A stretch of 64,000 bases of DNA from Macrostomum lignano. Its lineage: Eukaryota. The first letter of the stretch is position 1. Each line of letters opens with the position of its first letter. Under the pieces are notes generated by a model. It was not told where the DNA came from and did no database searches. It was given only the letters and a program-made list of their open reading frames with translations. This document shows, in pieces, positions 31,810-43,600 of the stretch. The stretch is from NCBI GenBank assembly GCA_002269645.1, contig NIVC01003753.1:1-64000 (forward strand). Reading direction: 5' to 3'. The position numbers were made by a program, and so were the translations under genes.

Positions 31810-34800
31810 TGCAAATTATTTTTTATTATAGCCTCTACTGAGAATTATATTGATTTGTTTTTCTAGCTATCCTATTTCAGATAGTAGAAGATTTTAACAT
31901 ATGATTTTGTTACATAAAACTCTGTTTCTCATTTGAAACTATCACTAATACAAGAGACTTAACATAGTTGTATTGGTACAACTTCTATTAGAATTGTATA
32001 TGCAAAAAATAATAAGCTTATAAAAATAGAATTTTAATAGATTAGACATGACTTTAAATATATTTTTCAGGACAGATATATTATGATTTCAAGTTTAGTT
32101 TTTGTTACTATTGAAAATATGAGCAATAAAAAACAAATAATCATATATTAATTTTCAAAGCCTTTTACCCTTTTTTTGCAGTTCAAATAGTTCCTTTTTT
32201 ATTTTATTTTGAATATAAATGGATTTTTTAATATTCTAGTCAACAAAGCTAAGCCATGCAATTCTTCATCTGGGTCATATCCTTTATTGAAATTGTTATA
32301 TTATCAGACTGTTATTGATCAAACATCTATTATGTCAATTGACCAATAAAGTTATTGATATAAAATAGGGGTTAGCAACCTTTTTCTTACACCCTTAATA
32401 CCCTTTATCTTATATCTATTAAGTTGGATATATATACAAAGTTGAACATTAATAATTAATAAATTTCTGTCTTTTTATACAAATCCCTTGTAAACATTAT
32501 AATGCAACATCTATACTTATGTTTTATATTGGAAAGCAAAGAAAGCAAGGTAGAGAGCAAGGTAGATGCTGCAAAAGCTATAATGAAGGCTATAGCAAAA
32601 GCTACAACAGACTACAATAGAGGCTATTACAAAGATTATAGTAGAGGCTATTGCAGAGACTATGACAAAGGCTATGGCAGAGACTACAGTGGAGGCTACA
32701 GTGAAGGCTATTGCAAACTACACTAGAAGCTATGATGGAGACTACAGTAGAGACTATGATAGAAACTACAATAGAGGCAACTACAATAGAAACTACAAAA
32801 CTACAATACAAACTACTATTTCAGAAACTATAGTGGAGGCTATAGTAGAGACTACAATAGAAGCTACAATGGTAGTGCAAAGCAAAGCAGATTCACTAAG
32901 TATAGTAGCAAAGGTGACTACTATTGGGATAGCTCTAGCCTAGATGCTTCCAGCTAGTTTGGCACCATTGGTACCATCTAGAGCTACTAGTACCAAGGAA
33001 TCGGGTAAATTGCCAAGATGTGCCCAACTGGTATAAAATGGTTGAAATGGATAAGTATAACAAATGCTTTCATATAACTTTTATATTTTAGTTTTAACAA
33101 ATTTTTTCCAAGGCAACCTCCCAAACTTACTCTACTACATATAGCTTTAAATGATAAGCAATAGCCTACTGCAATAGTTTTATGGCAAAGGTTACTGTGA
33201 TCCTAGAAAGGCTCTACCTTGGCAAACATAGCTCTCTACCTGACCTCACCATTGCCATGGATAGTCAGCACAATATTGGCCCTGAGCACTAGACTAATAT
33301 ATTCAGATAATTTCATTGCTACCAAATATCGGGACCTTAGTCTTGACCATTAGAGGTTTAATACTAAGATTAGCTTCTACTAGGTCCTAGCCCCTTGCAT
33401 TATTGCAAGGTCCCTAGTAAAAAGGTAGTGGATCAGGTTATTAGCAGAGCCTTTGATTAGAGATAGACCCCTATCTAATTCAATACTATTAAGGTAGCTA
33501 TCTTTCACTGTAAGTGCAAGCTCAATATTAGTGCCATGGGCATAGCCTAGCCTTTACCAAAAGAGCTATCATAACATGAGCAAATGATTATCAACTAGCT
33601 CCATATAGGAGCCAATATATCAACCATAGTACATATCACCATATAGGTATTAATGTGTCTATCCTCTGTCCTGACTGGGGCATAGAAGATATTGTTGACT
33701 ATATGTTTTTTTATTATCTCCAAGGTAATGGCTAAAGGGCTATTATAGTTACAATTTTATTTAAAAGTGCCTTTTTATAAGTCTTCAAGCATTAGGCATA
33801 TATATAGACCTATTTAATATATCATTTATAGGCAGTATTGGGCACCATTAATAAAAATCTTAACTTCTATTAATGGCAAAAGCATCAGCATTAAAAAAAT
33901 CTTAACTTTTTAACTCTTCATTTTGTTAAGTTAACTGAAAATTAATTGATGATTGTTAATAAATGTTAAAACATTAAAGTTAACACTGAAAATATAGAAG
34001 TCTTGCACTTTTTTCCTAAATAGACTTTATAATATATTGCTTTTGCTTTTCTTTCTTTTTAGTAAAACACAGAGGTCATCTAAGCGATTTACAAGCTAAA
34101 AAATAACAGTAAAATTAATAGTAAAACTTGTAAGCATAACACTACTATTGTATTAAAAGTAAGCATATAGTAAACTAAGTAACTTATTTATTTGACACTT
34201 GAAAGCTAATAAGTTAGTAATAAAATATAAATAGAAAGGTTGTTTCAGTAGCATTAGCAGGTGCAGTATAAAGTTAAAAAAGATTGGGAAAGAAGTGAAT
34301 CAAAGTGATAGATACTTAGGTGCAAGCATTCAAGCAATAAAGTTCATAATTATAATTTATTATTAAAGTTCATTAGTAAGTTGTTACATCTGCATGATCA
34401 TTGTCATAAACAAAGAGATTAACTAAGCATTTAGGTAAATTTGAATACATTTGTAATGTTATAACTTCTCACTAGACTTGTCTTAACAGCAGTCCATTAT
34501 ATTAATGTTAATAAAAAATCTTAATGCTTATTAATAGATTAACACTTATTAACGGTGCCCAACACTGTTTATAGGTACATTGATTTTGCATTTTAATCTC
34601 TAATAATTATAGGCTAGTTTTGGGTTGCATATAATATAAACATAATAGTTCAAACTAAAAAATCATTTTAAATTTTAATATAAACTTTTTTCTATTGCCA
34701 GTATTGGTCTTAGTCAAAGTACATTGTATAAATTCTCATATAGGCCCTACCTAATGGCTATGCTGTTGTGTAAGCACTTAACAATTAACAGTTGGAATTA

Positions 34801-35215
34801 TTATAAAAAAATTTATATCCATTGGACCATTTGTACATTAGTGGCAAACTTGATACAAAACTTTTCAAATTAGGCCTTTAGGCTACTAAACCAAATGCTG
34901 ACAATCAAGATGCCAAACTCTTGTACAAGTAGGCTGGGCCTAAGGCTAACTCATGTTAAAAACTATGCCATAAGGCATAACTCACATATAACAAGCTGAG
35001 CTAAACATTGTATCACAATCACAATTATTGTTTTGATCACTGCTTTTATCATACTTTTAATTTGGTTTTTTATTTAAACTACAGCAACAGTAAGTAATTC
35101 AGTCATTTTGTTTTCATAAAATTATCAAGATTTAAACTGCTTTATATACTGTACTTGTATTAGGGCCTAATGGCCCAGTAGCCTAGTAGCCTATAGTACA
35201 GAGCCTAACTCTCAA
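31810..35215. other. CpG-erased AT-rich domain
   Basis: By eye only about four CG dinucleotides in 3.4 kb (near 33002, 33330, 34085, 34553), whereas similarly AT-rich DNA at 16.9-17.5 kb and 39.6-40.3 kb has many. Confidence 0.8.
33833..34567. mobile_element. non-autonomous hAT-type MITE (735 bp), transition-eroded
   Basis: 8-bp TSD TTTATAGG at 33825-33832 and 34568-34575; TIRs CAGT(A/G)TTGGGCACC(A/G)TTAATAA; subterminal TTAA-cored repeats. Confidence 0.8.
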
Positions 35216-35295
35216 ACGCATTTGTTTCCCCATTGATATTCGCATTGATATTCAAATTTAACAAAAGCAAAATACTAAAAGCAACCCGTAGCATG

Positions 35296-36510
35296 AAACT
35301 TTACACAGAGTAAACTGCAACCGTGAAACGACTATTGGTCAAGTTTCAGCTCGATATGTAACTTTGGCTCTGAGCAGGAGCGATTTTCGATGTGTTCCAT
35401 TTAAAAGACATGTGATTCCAAAATTCATATTGATATTCGAGTACAGGTACTTCTGCTTCACCGATCTTGACGAAACTTTACACAGAGTAAACTGCAACCG
35501 TGAAACGACTATTGGTCAAGTTTCAGCTCGATATGTAACTTTGGCTCTGAGCAGGGGCGATTTTCGATGTGTTCCATTTAAAATACATGTGATTCCAAAA
35601 TTCATATTGATATTCGAGTACAGGTACTTCTGCTTCACCGATCTTGACGAAACTTTACACAGAGTAAACTGCAACCGTGAAACGACTATTGGTCAAGTTT
35701 CAGCTCGATATGTAACTTTGGCTCTGAGCAGGAGCGATTTTCGATGTGTTCCATTTAAAATACATGTGATTCCAAAATTCATATTGATATTCGAGTACAG
35801 GTACTTCTGCTTCACCGAGCTTGATGAAACTTTACACAGAGTAAACTGCAACCGTGAAACGACTATTGGTCAAGTTTCAGCTCGATATGTAACTTTGGCT
35901 CTGAGCAGGAGCGATTTTCGATGTGTTCCATTTAAAATACATGTGATTCCAAAATTCATATTGATATTCGAGTACAGGTACTTCTGCTTCACCGAGCTTG
36001 ATGAAACTTTACACAGAGTAAACTGCAACCGTGAAACGACTATTGGTCAAGTTTCAGCTCGATATGTAACTTTGGCTCTGAGCAGGAGCGATTTTCGATG
36101 TGTTCCATTTAAAATACATGTGATTCCAAAATTCATATTGATATTCGAGTACAGGTACTTCTGCTTCACCGATCTTGACGAAACTTTACACAGAGTAAAC
36201 TGCAACCGTGAAACGACTATTGGTCAAGTTTCAGCTCGATATGTAACTTTGGCTCTGAGCAGGGGCGATTTTCGATGTGTTCCATTTAAAATACATGTGA
36301 TTCCAAAATTCATATTGATATTCGAGTACAGGTACTTCTGCTTCACCGATCTTGACGAAACTTTACACAGAGTAAACTGCAACCGTGAAACGACTATTGG
36401 TCAAGTTTCAGCTCGATATGTAACTTTGGCTCTGAGCAGGAGCGATTTTCGATGTGTTCCATTTAAAATACATGTGATTCCAAAATTCATACTGATGTTC
36501 GAGTACAGGT
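35296..36510 (+). repeat. 177-bp tandem array, left arm (about 6.9 copies)
   Basis: Unit starts at 35296, 35473, 35650, etc.; copies almost identical. Confidence 0.95.
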
Positions 36511-38998
36511 GGAGGAGATGGCGCAACGTGACACAGTGGTCATTCTCGGAGACCTGAACGCAGTTCTGCGTAGGTCCGAGCGATCGCTGTTTGTGACAGC
36601 GCGCGAGAACGGCAACTCCGGAGCGCTAGAGGACTTCCTGGAGAGACAGGACATGGTGTCGGCCAACACCAGATTCCGCAAGTCACCGGGCAGGCTCGCG
36701 ACCTTCGTGGGCTGCAAGCGGAGGCGGCGGAACGCGCGCGGCCGGAACGCTACGCGGAGGCTGGCACAGCTCGACCACGTGCTTGTGCGCTTTCGTGTGC
36801 GCCGCCGCGTCACCAACTGCCGCACCATTACGCCGCTGGCTCTGCGGTCCGACCATCGGCTGCTCATCTGCGACCTTCGGCTTCGGGACCCGCTCTACCG
36901 TCCGCCAAAGCGGCCACCGCGGCGCTACTACGTCGCTTTGCCGGTGCCTTTGTCACTGCGCTGGGCGACAAGCGTGGAGGAGCCGAGTACGCGGAGGTGA
37001 GCGCTGCAGTTCGAGCCGATGCGGAGCAAGCAGTCCCACTGATGCGACCGGCCCAGCGGTCTGGCAGGACGACCCGCGATCGACGAAGCGAGGGAAGATC
37101 TGGAGAGGCTCCGTCTGAGTGGGCGGCAAACTCGCGAGGCGGAGGAGGCTCTGGCGGCTGTCTACCTGCAGCGGCAGCAGTCCGCTGTCGATGACGCCAC
37201 CCAAGCCGTCTCTGCCGCAGGGCCCGATTCCAGAGGGCGCGTGGCCTGGTCCGTCATCAACACTCTGACGGGGCGAAAGCGGCGCATCGCGCTCAACCAG
37301 GCAGGCGACATTCCGGATGAGCGCAGGTACGAGCTGCGCGAGTTCTTCGCCGCCATTGTCAACGCGCCGCCCCCTCCGCTTCGAGAAAATCTGAGGCTGC
37401 CGCCGGAGACGCCGTTGCCGGCGGAGGAGAGCTTCAACGTTGCCCCAGTCAGCACAGCCGACGTTGTGAAGTTCGCTCGGCAGTCGCCGGGCGCCAAAGC
37501 GCTTGGTCCGGACGAGATGCCCACCGAGGCGCTGCGGATCCACTGCGTGGCCACTGAGGTCGCCAGAGTGATGAACCGCGTGCTTTCCGGTGAGGTGGCG
37601 CCAAACGAATGGACCACGGCGCACATCGTCGCCATTCCAAAGAAGCCGGGCACCACCAAGCTCGAGGAGCATCGAGGCATCTGCCTACAATCCTGCGCCG
37701 CGAAGCTGTTCAGCCGCATGCTGCTATCGCGGTTACAGACTGTGCTGGACCCGTACCTGTGGCCTGAGCAGAACGGATTCCGGCCCCATCGCAGCACAGT
37801 GACGCAGATCCTGGCTCTTCGGCGAGTCATCGAGGAGGCGCGCATCCGCCAGTTGACCCTGATCCTGATCTTCGTCGATTTCAGGAAGGCCTTCGACTCG
37901 GTCGTGAGGGACGCGCTCCCAGAGGTGCTCCGTGCGTACAACGTGCCAGAGCTGCTGATTTCTGCTGTCATGGCGCTGTACCACGGCACGACGGCTGCTG
38001 TCTCAACACCGGACGGCCTATCGGATTTCTTCGAGACATCCTCCGGGGTGCTCCAGGGAGATACGCTAGCGCCGTTCCTATTTATTCTGGTGCTTGACTG
38101 GGTGCTACGGACTGCTCTGCCTTCCAACGACGACGGCTTCCTGCTGCGGCGACGCGTGGGTCGACGCCAACCGGAGAGACGGCTCAGCGTGCTTGGCTAC
38201 GCCGATGACCTCGCCCTGCTGTCCTCAACCGTCGAGGGCGCCCAACGACAGCTGGATAGACTGGTTGCCGTTGCGGCGAGCGTCGGCCTGGTGGTCAACA
38301 CGCAGAAGACCGTCGTGCTATGCGTGCCGGACGACACCGAGGCTGCAATCTTCTGCCGAGGCGCTGACGGACAGGCGAGTGAGCTTCCAAGATGTCAGCA
38401 GTTCGTCTACCTCGGCGGTCTGGTTCCCGACGTCCGCGAGGATCTGCGGCGTCGCCGAGGACTTGCCTGGGCTGCCTTTCGTTCTATAAGGTCAGTCCTG
38501 CAGTCCGAGGCCCTACCGGACCGCCAGAGGGCGGCGCTGTTCCAGGCGGTGATCGAAACCGTCCTGTTATACAACGCCGAGACCTGGACGCTGATAGACT
38601 CGCTCGAGGCTCAAGTCGACGCGGCGCACGCTGGCCTGCTGCGCGCCGCCTTCAAGATCGGCAACGAGCGAGTCACCAACACGGCGCTCTATCATCGCGC
38701 CGGCCTGGCCCGTCCTAGCGATCTGCTGCGCCGTCGGCGACTCCAGCTGGCAGGCCACGTCATCCGCGCCGAGGCCTACTGTCCGGAGCCGGTGCAGGAG
38801 GTGCTGCTACTTACGTTGCAGGCACCCTACCGGCGGGGACAGGCGAGGACTCGGCGCTACGTCGACTGTCTGCTGGCTGACGCCGGCGCCCCGGACTCTG
38901 CCGGCGGTGCGGCTTTTGTTCGCGCCCAAGCTTCGAAGCGCGCCATCTGACGCTGCTTTTGCGAACTGGCAGCGTACTCTGTTGTTGTTGTTGTTGTT
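36511..38998 (+). mobile_element. 5'-truncated RTE-clade non-LTR retrotransposon
   Basis: C-terminal part of APE endonuclease (VVILGDLNA, AQLDHVLV, SDHRLL), frameshifted linker, RT ORF, short 3' UTR and (GTT)6 tail at 38981-38998; no flanking TSD. Confidence 0.92.
37241..38950 (+). CDS. reverse transcriptase domain of the RTE element (569 aa open frame; upstream linker frameshifted)
   Basis: KALGPDEMP, IVAIPKK, QNGFRPHRS, FVDFRKAFDSV, GVLQGDTLAPFLF, LGYADDLALL, FVYLGG motifs; not in frame with the endonuclease remnant 36509..37000. Confidence 0.85.
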   Translation: MAWSVINTLTGRKRRIALNQAGDIPDERRYELREFFAAIVNAPPPPLRENLRLPPETPLPAEESFNVAPVSTADVVKFARQSPGAKALGPDEMPTEALRIHCVATEVARVMNRVLSGEVAPNEWTTAHIVAIPKKPGTTKLEEHRGICLQSCAAKLFSRMLLSRLQTVLDPYLWPEQNGFRPHRSTVTQILALRRVIEEARIRQLTLILIFVDFRKAFDSVVRDALPEVLRAYNVPELLISAVMALYHGTTAAVSTPDGLSDFFETSSGVLQGDTLAPFLFILVLDWVLRTALPSNDDGFLLRRRVGRRQPERRLSVLGYADDLALLSSTVEGAQRQLDRLVAVAASVGLVVNTQKTVVLCVPDDTEAAIFCRGADGQASELPRCQQFVYLGGLVPDVREDLRRRRGLAWAAFRSIRSVLQSEALPDRQRAALFQAVIETVLLYNAETWTLIDSLEAQVDAAHAGLLRAAFKIGNERVTNTALYHRAGLARPSDLLRRRRLQLAGHVIRAEAYCPEPVQEVLLLTLQAPYRRGQARTRRYVDCLLADAGAPDSAGGAAFVRAQASKRAI

Positions 38999-39477
38999 TG
39001 GAATCACATGTATTTTAAATGGAACACATCGAAAATCGCTCCTGCTCAGAGCCAAAGTTACATATCGAGCTGAAACTTGACCAATAGTCGTTTCACGGTT
39101 GCAGTTTACTCTGTGTAAAGTTTCGTCAAGATCGGTGAAGCAGAAGTACCTGTACTCGAATATCAATATGAATTTTGGAATCACATGTATTTTAAATGGA
39201 ACACATCGAAAATCGCTCCTGCTCAGAGCCAAAGTTACATATCGAGCTGAAACTTGACCAATAGTCGTTTCACTGTTGCAGTTTACTCTGTGTAAAGTTT
39301 CATCAAGATCGGTGAAGCAGAAGTACCTGTACTCGAATATCAATATGAATTTTGGAATCACATGTATTTTAAATGGAACACATCGAAAATCGCTCCTGCT
39401 CAGAGCCAAAGTTACATATCGAGCTGAAACTTGACCAATAGTCGTTTCACTGTTGCAGTTTACTCTGTGTAAAGTTT
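38999..39477 (-). repeat. 177-bp tandem array, right arm, inverted (about 2.7 copies)
   Basis: Reverse complement of the left-arm unit. Confidence 0.95.
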
Positions 39478-40641
39478 CATGCTACGGGTTGCTTTTAGTA
39501 TTTTGCTTTTGTTAAAATTTGAATATCAATGCGAATATCAATGGGGAAACAAATGCGTAACTCTCAACGCTATACCTATAATTTACATGCTAGAATTTAA
39601 AAAATTTCGCTATATGGATAATTTCAAGTTCCTGTCAATAAAATCTTTAAAAAAGTTGAAAGCGAATCAATGAGAACCAAAAGTAGCTGTAAGGTATTTT
39701 TTAAAAAAACAATTCGTGTCTAAAAACGCAATATTTAGACAGTAGATTGGTGCTAAGAGTTTCAGCTTGTTATAATAAGTAATTCAATACTGTTATTACC
39801 GCAAAGAGCAACTCGTCTAATTCAGAACTGTTTTTCCCTACCCTTTCCTGGCATCCAGGATCAGATTATGAGATTCAGAAAACCTGAAAGCTTGATTGCG
39901 AATGCGCACACAGTCTCTCGTTTGTTTTAAACTGCATGTTACCTTTAAAATTGTTGCTTTAGTTTTATGTTCTTAGATTCAGTAAGAATTAAAACAATAC
40001 AGGCCGCCTACTTGTCTCATCTTTGATTTTTAAACGTTCAAAAGCAGTGCAGCGAATGCAGTATTTAGCTTGTAGTGCAATCGTAAATAGCCATCGATTT
40101 TAAGTTTTGATTTATTTCAATAAATTCATAAAGCACGAATTCTAACGCAAGCGGTGACGAAGCTAAAATGTGAAATATTAGGAGCTGAAAATGGTTGTAT
40201 ATTGCACTGAATTACAGCAGTCTTACAGCTCCCGAATTTAAATAACTGATGAATAGCTATGATACGAGAAATATCGTGGGGTTCAATTACATGAAACAGC
40301 ATCTGTCTAATACATACATGTGCGCAGAGTCATTTGTAAAAGTTAAGCATTAAATAATTAAGAGGTTTGCGATATCCAAGTACCCAAGATACATATATCT
40401 GCTAGAAACAGCATGCTATGTGACAATGTTATTTGACAAAAATGAGACAGTAAGTACTATTATATTATCAGAGCTTATATTTTAAATCATACATTTTATA
40501 TGCATATTGTATTAAACAATAATAGGATAACAGTTTCCTCAATGGTATGTATGCAACATAGTAAGAAGGATAATCTCATGGAATCGATTGGAATGAGAAT
40601 CGGGAATTTTCTTCGCAAAGATGGCCAGGTTGCCTCAGCTG

Positions 40642-43600
40642 TCACAGATTACCAACTCCGGCCGCCAGCCGGTCAGCGTCGCAGTCGTCGTTGTCACAGT
40701 CGAAACCGGCGTTGTTTCGTCGAGGGCGTCGCCGGCAGCACAGTGGCTCGCCGAGCTCCGTGGCGCTAAGTGGCGGCGAGCGCAACCGGTCGGACAGCGA
40801 GTGCAGCAGGTAGTTCTGCTCACCAGTCAGCAGAGGGAAGAGGCGCTCGTGCACTTCGTCTACTGCAATTGCGTCGCCAGCCTGGCAGGCGCAGACAAGC
40901 GACTGCAGACAGAGAAGCAGCTCCTCGGTTAGGAAGGCAGGCGGCGTCTCCTCGTCTGGCGAGGACCAAGCATATCTGAGGGAGGGTTACGTAGAATTTT
41001 TATCTTTCTGTCTTTGTGCCTTTCCTAATGTCTCAGTGCCTTTCCTAATGTCTCAGTGCCTTCCTAATGTCTCAGTACCTTTCTCAGTGTCTCAGTGCCT
41101 TCCTAATGTCTCAGTACCTTTCTCAGTGTCTCAGTGCCGTAGTGCTTCAGTGCCTTACTAGTGTCTCAGTGCCTTCCTAGTATCTCAGTGCCGTAGTGTC
41201 TCAGTGCCGTAGTGTCTCAGTGCCTTCCTAGTGTCTCAGTGCCGTAGTGTCTCAGTGCCTTCCTAGTGTCTCAGTGCCGTAGTGTCTCAGTGCCGTAGTG
41301 TCTCAGTGCCGTAGTGTCTCAGTGCCGTAGTGTCTCAGTGCCGTAGTGTCTCAGTGCCGTAGTGTCTCAGTGCCGTAGTGTCTCAGTGCCGTAGTGTCTC
41401 AGTGCCGTAGTATCTCAGTGCCGTAGTGTCTCAGTGCCGTAGTGTCTCAGTGCTGTAGTGTCTCAGTGCCGTAGTGTCTCAGTGCCGTAGTGTCTCAGTG
41501 CCGTAGTGTCTCAGTGCCGTAGTGTCTCAGTGCCGTAGTGTCTCAGTGCCTTCCTAGTATCTCAGTGCCGTAGTGTCTCAGTGCCGTAGTGTCTCAGTGC
41601 CTTCCTAGTATCTCAGTGCCGTAGTGTCTCAGTGCCGTAGTGTCTCAGTGCCGTAGTGTCTCAGTGCCGTAGTGTCTCAGTGCCGTAGTGTCTCAGTGCC
41701 TTCCTAGTATCTCAGTGCCGTAGTGTCTCAGTGCCGTAGTGTCTCAGTGCCTTCCTAGTATCTCAGTGCCGTAGTGTCTCAGTGCCGTAGTGTCTCAGTG
41801 CTGTAGTGTCTCAGTGCTGTAGTGTCTCAGTGCCGTAGTGCCTCAGTGCCGTAGTGTCTCAGTGCCGTAGTGTCTCAGTGCTGTAGTGTCTCAGTGCCGT
41901 AGTGTCTCAGTGCCGTAGTGTCTCAGTGCCGTAGTGCCTCAGTGCCGTAGTGTCTCAGTGCCGTAGTGTCTCAGTGCCGTAGTGTCTCAGTGCCGTAGTG
42001 TCTCAGTGCCGTAGTGCTTCAGTGCCGTAGTGTCTCAGTGCCGTAGTGTCTCAGTGCTGTAGTGTCTCAGTGCCGTAGTGTCTCAGTGCTGTAGTGTCTC
42101 AGTGCCGTAGTGTCTCAGTGCCGTAGTGTCTCAGTGCCGTAGTGTCTCAGTGCCGTAGTGCTTTAGTGCCTTCCTAGTGTCTCAGTGCCTTTCTAGTGTC
42201 TCGGTGACTTTCCTAGTATCTCAGTACCGTGCTTAGTGTCTAAATGTCTTTCTTAGTATCTCAGTGCTTTTCTTAGTATCTCAGTGCTTTTCTTAGTGTC
42301 TCAGTGCCTTTCTCAGTGTCTCAGTGCCAATCTTAGTGTCACAGTGACTTCGTTAGTACCTTCAGCCTCTAATTATCTTAACCTTCAGCTCTTCAGCGCA
42401 TTAGCATCATCCAAGTGCCCAGAGCTGCGCAATGCCCACCTAGCCAGAGTGTCGGCATGCTCGGCCTCCAGCCGGTCAGCTGGCCTAGCCAGCAGGCACA
42501 GCAACAGCACCCGGCTAATCTCGCTGTCTCGCATGCAGTCCTGATAGCACGGCAGCAGCTGACCACCGCCGCCGGCGTCACCGCCGGTCCGTTGAACGAT
42601 CTCCTGCATCCGGGTATGCACCAGTAGGGCCGCGTGCGGATCGCTCAGCTGCAGCCGGCAGGTGGCCAGCTTGCCTAGCAGGCGCAGCATCAGCATTGTG
42701 TGAGTTGGCACCAGGTCCGTGGCCCGGTGCAGGTGAACAGCCGCCTCGGCGAATTTGCCGTACAGCATGAGCGCCTCGGCCAGTTGGAGGTAGGCGTTCA
42801 CCGCTAGCAGGGGCTGGCCGCACTGCTCGTAGACTGCAGCCGCCTGCGGAGCGGTGCGGTAAGTAACGGATAAAAAATGCAAGCACACACACACACACAC
42901 AGTTATGCAGTTGTCACATGACTGCTCTCAGCCAGGGGCGTCGCCATGGATTTTATGGTGGGGGGGGAACATTATTTTTAGAATCGGTGTTGTCAGCGCT
43001 CATTTTGGCGCCACAGGCACTCATTTTGGCGCCGGAGCCAGGGTTTTTTTGGGCGCAGAGTGTGCGTATGCACCCTGAATTTTGAAATTGAAAAAGTGGG
43101 TGTGGTTTAGGTGCGGTCTCACAACCTATTGTATTTTCCTTTTAAGCTTCATTTGAACTGCCTTAAAAAAAGATCTGGAAAACGAGACAAGAGGTCAAAG
43201 GGATTCTTTGGACACAAGAAAATATTTGTAGATGTGTCTATATTCCCAGGTTTCTAGAGTAAGAGAAATTGCACTCTGAGCCTTAAAATTGAGGTGAGAT
43301 TTCGCACCTTGTCTCTGGCGAAAAAAACCCAGGCCGCAGGCACTCATTTTGGTGCCGCAGGCGCTATATATTTTGTCACCCTGAAGTAAAATTATTGATT
43401 TCCATAATGGGTCACAAGGTTGGTGGGGGGACAAAGCATTGGCATGTGCCCTCCACAGCTTTTACTGGGGGGGATGTCCTATGTCCCCACTATCCGTCCC
43501 CCGTGACAACGCTCCTTCAGGTGAATAAAAGCGTGCCTAACCCCCCAGCGCAGGCCAACCCCCAAAACAGCCAACACAACGAACACCAAAACTCACAGTA

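Larger units (their letters stand above)
35216..39558. mobile_element. large foldback/Mutator-type element (4343 bp) with 177-bp subrepeat arms and an RTE core
   Basis: 9-bp TSD AACTCTCAA at 35207-35215 and 39559-39567; near-perfect 80/81-bp outer TIR (35216-35295 vs 39478-39558) continuing inward as inverted 177-bp arrays. Confidence 0.88.

Noticed and set aside
35364-36557. 397-aa ORF (and its mirror 38807..39409) as a real protein
   Set aside because: It is the 59-codon stop-free translation of the repeat unit, starts at TTG and has no domain; one open frame out of six in a short unit is not surprising.
36953-38127. Minus-strand ORFs 36953..37672 and 37162..38127
   Set aside because: Antisense shadows of the GC-rich RTE coding strand.
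35296-39477. CRISPR-like array beside a reverse transcriptase
   Set aside because: Units are contiguous 177-bp copies without unique spacers, there are no cas genes, and the RT is a eukaryotic RTE LINE type.
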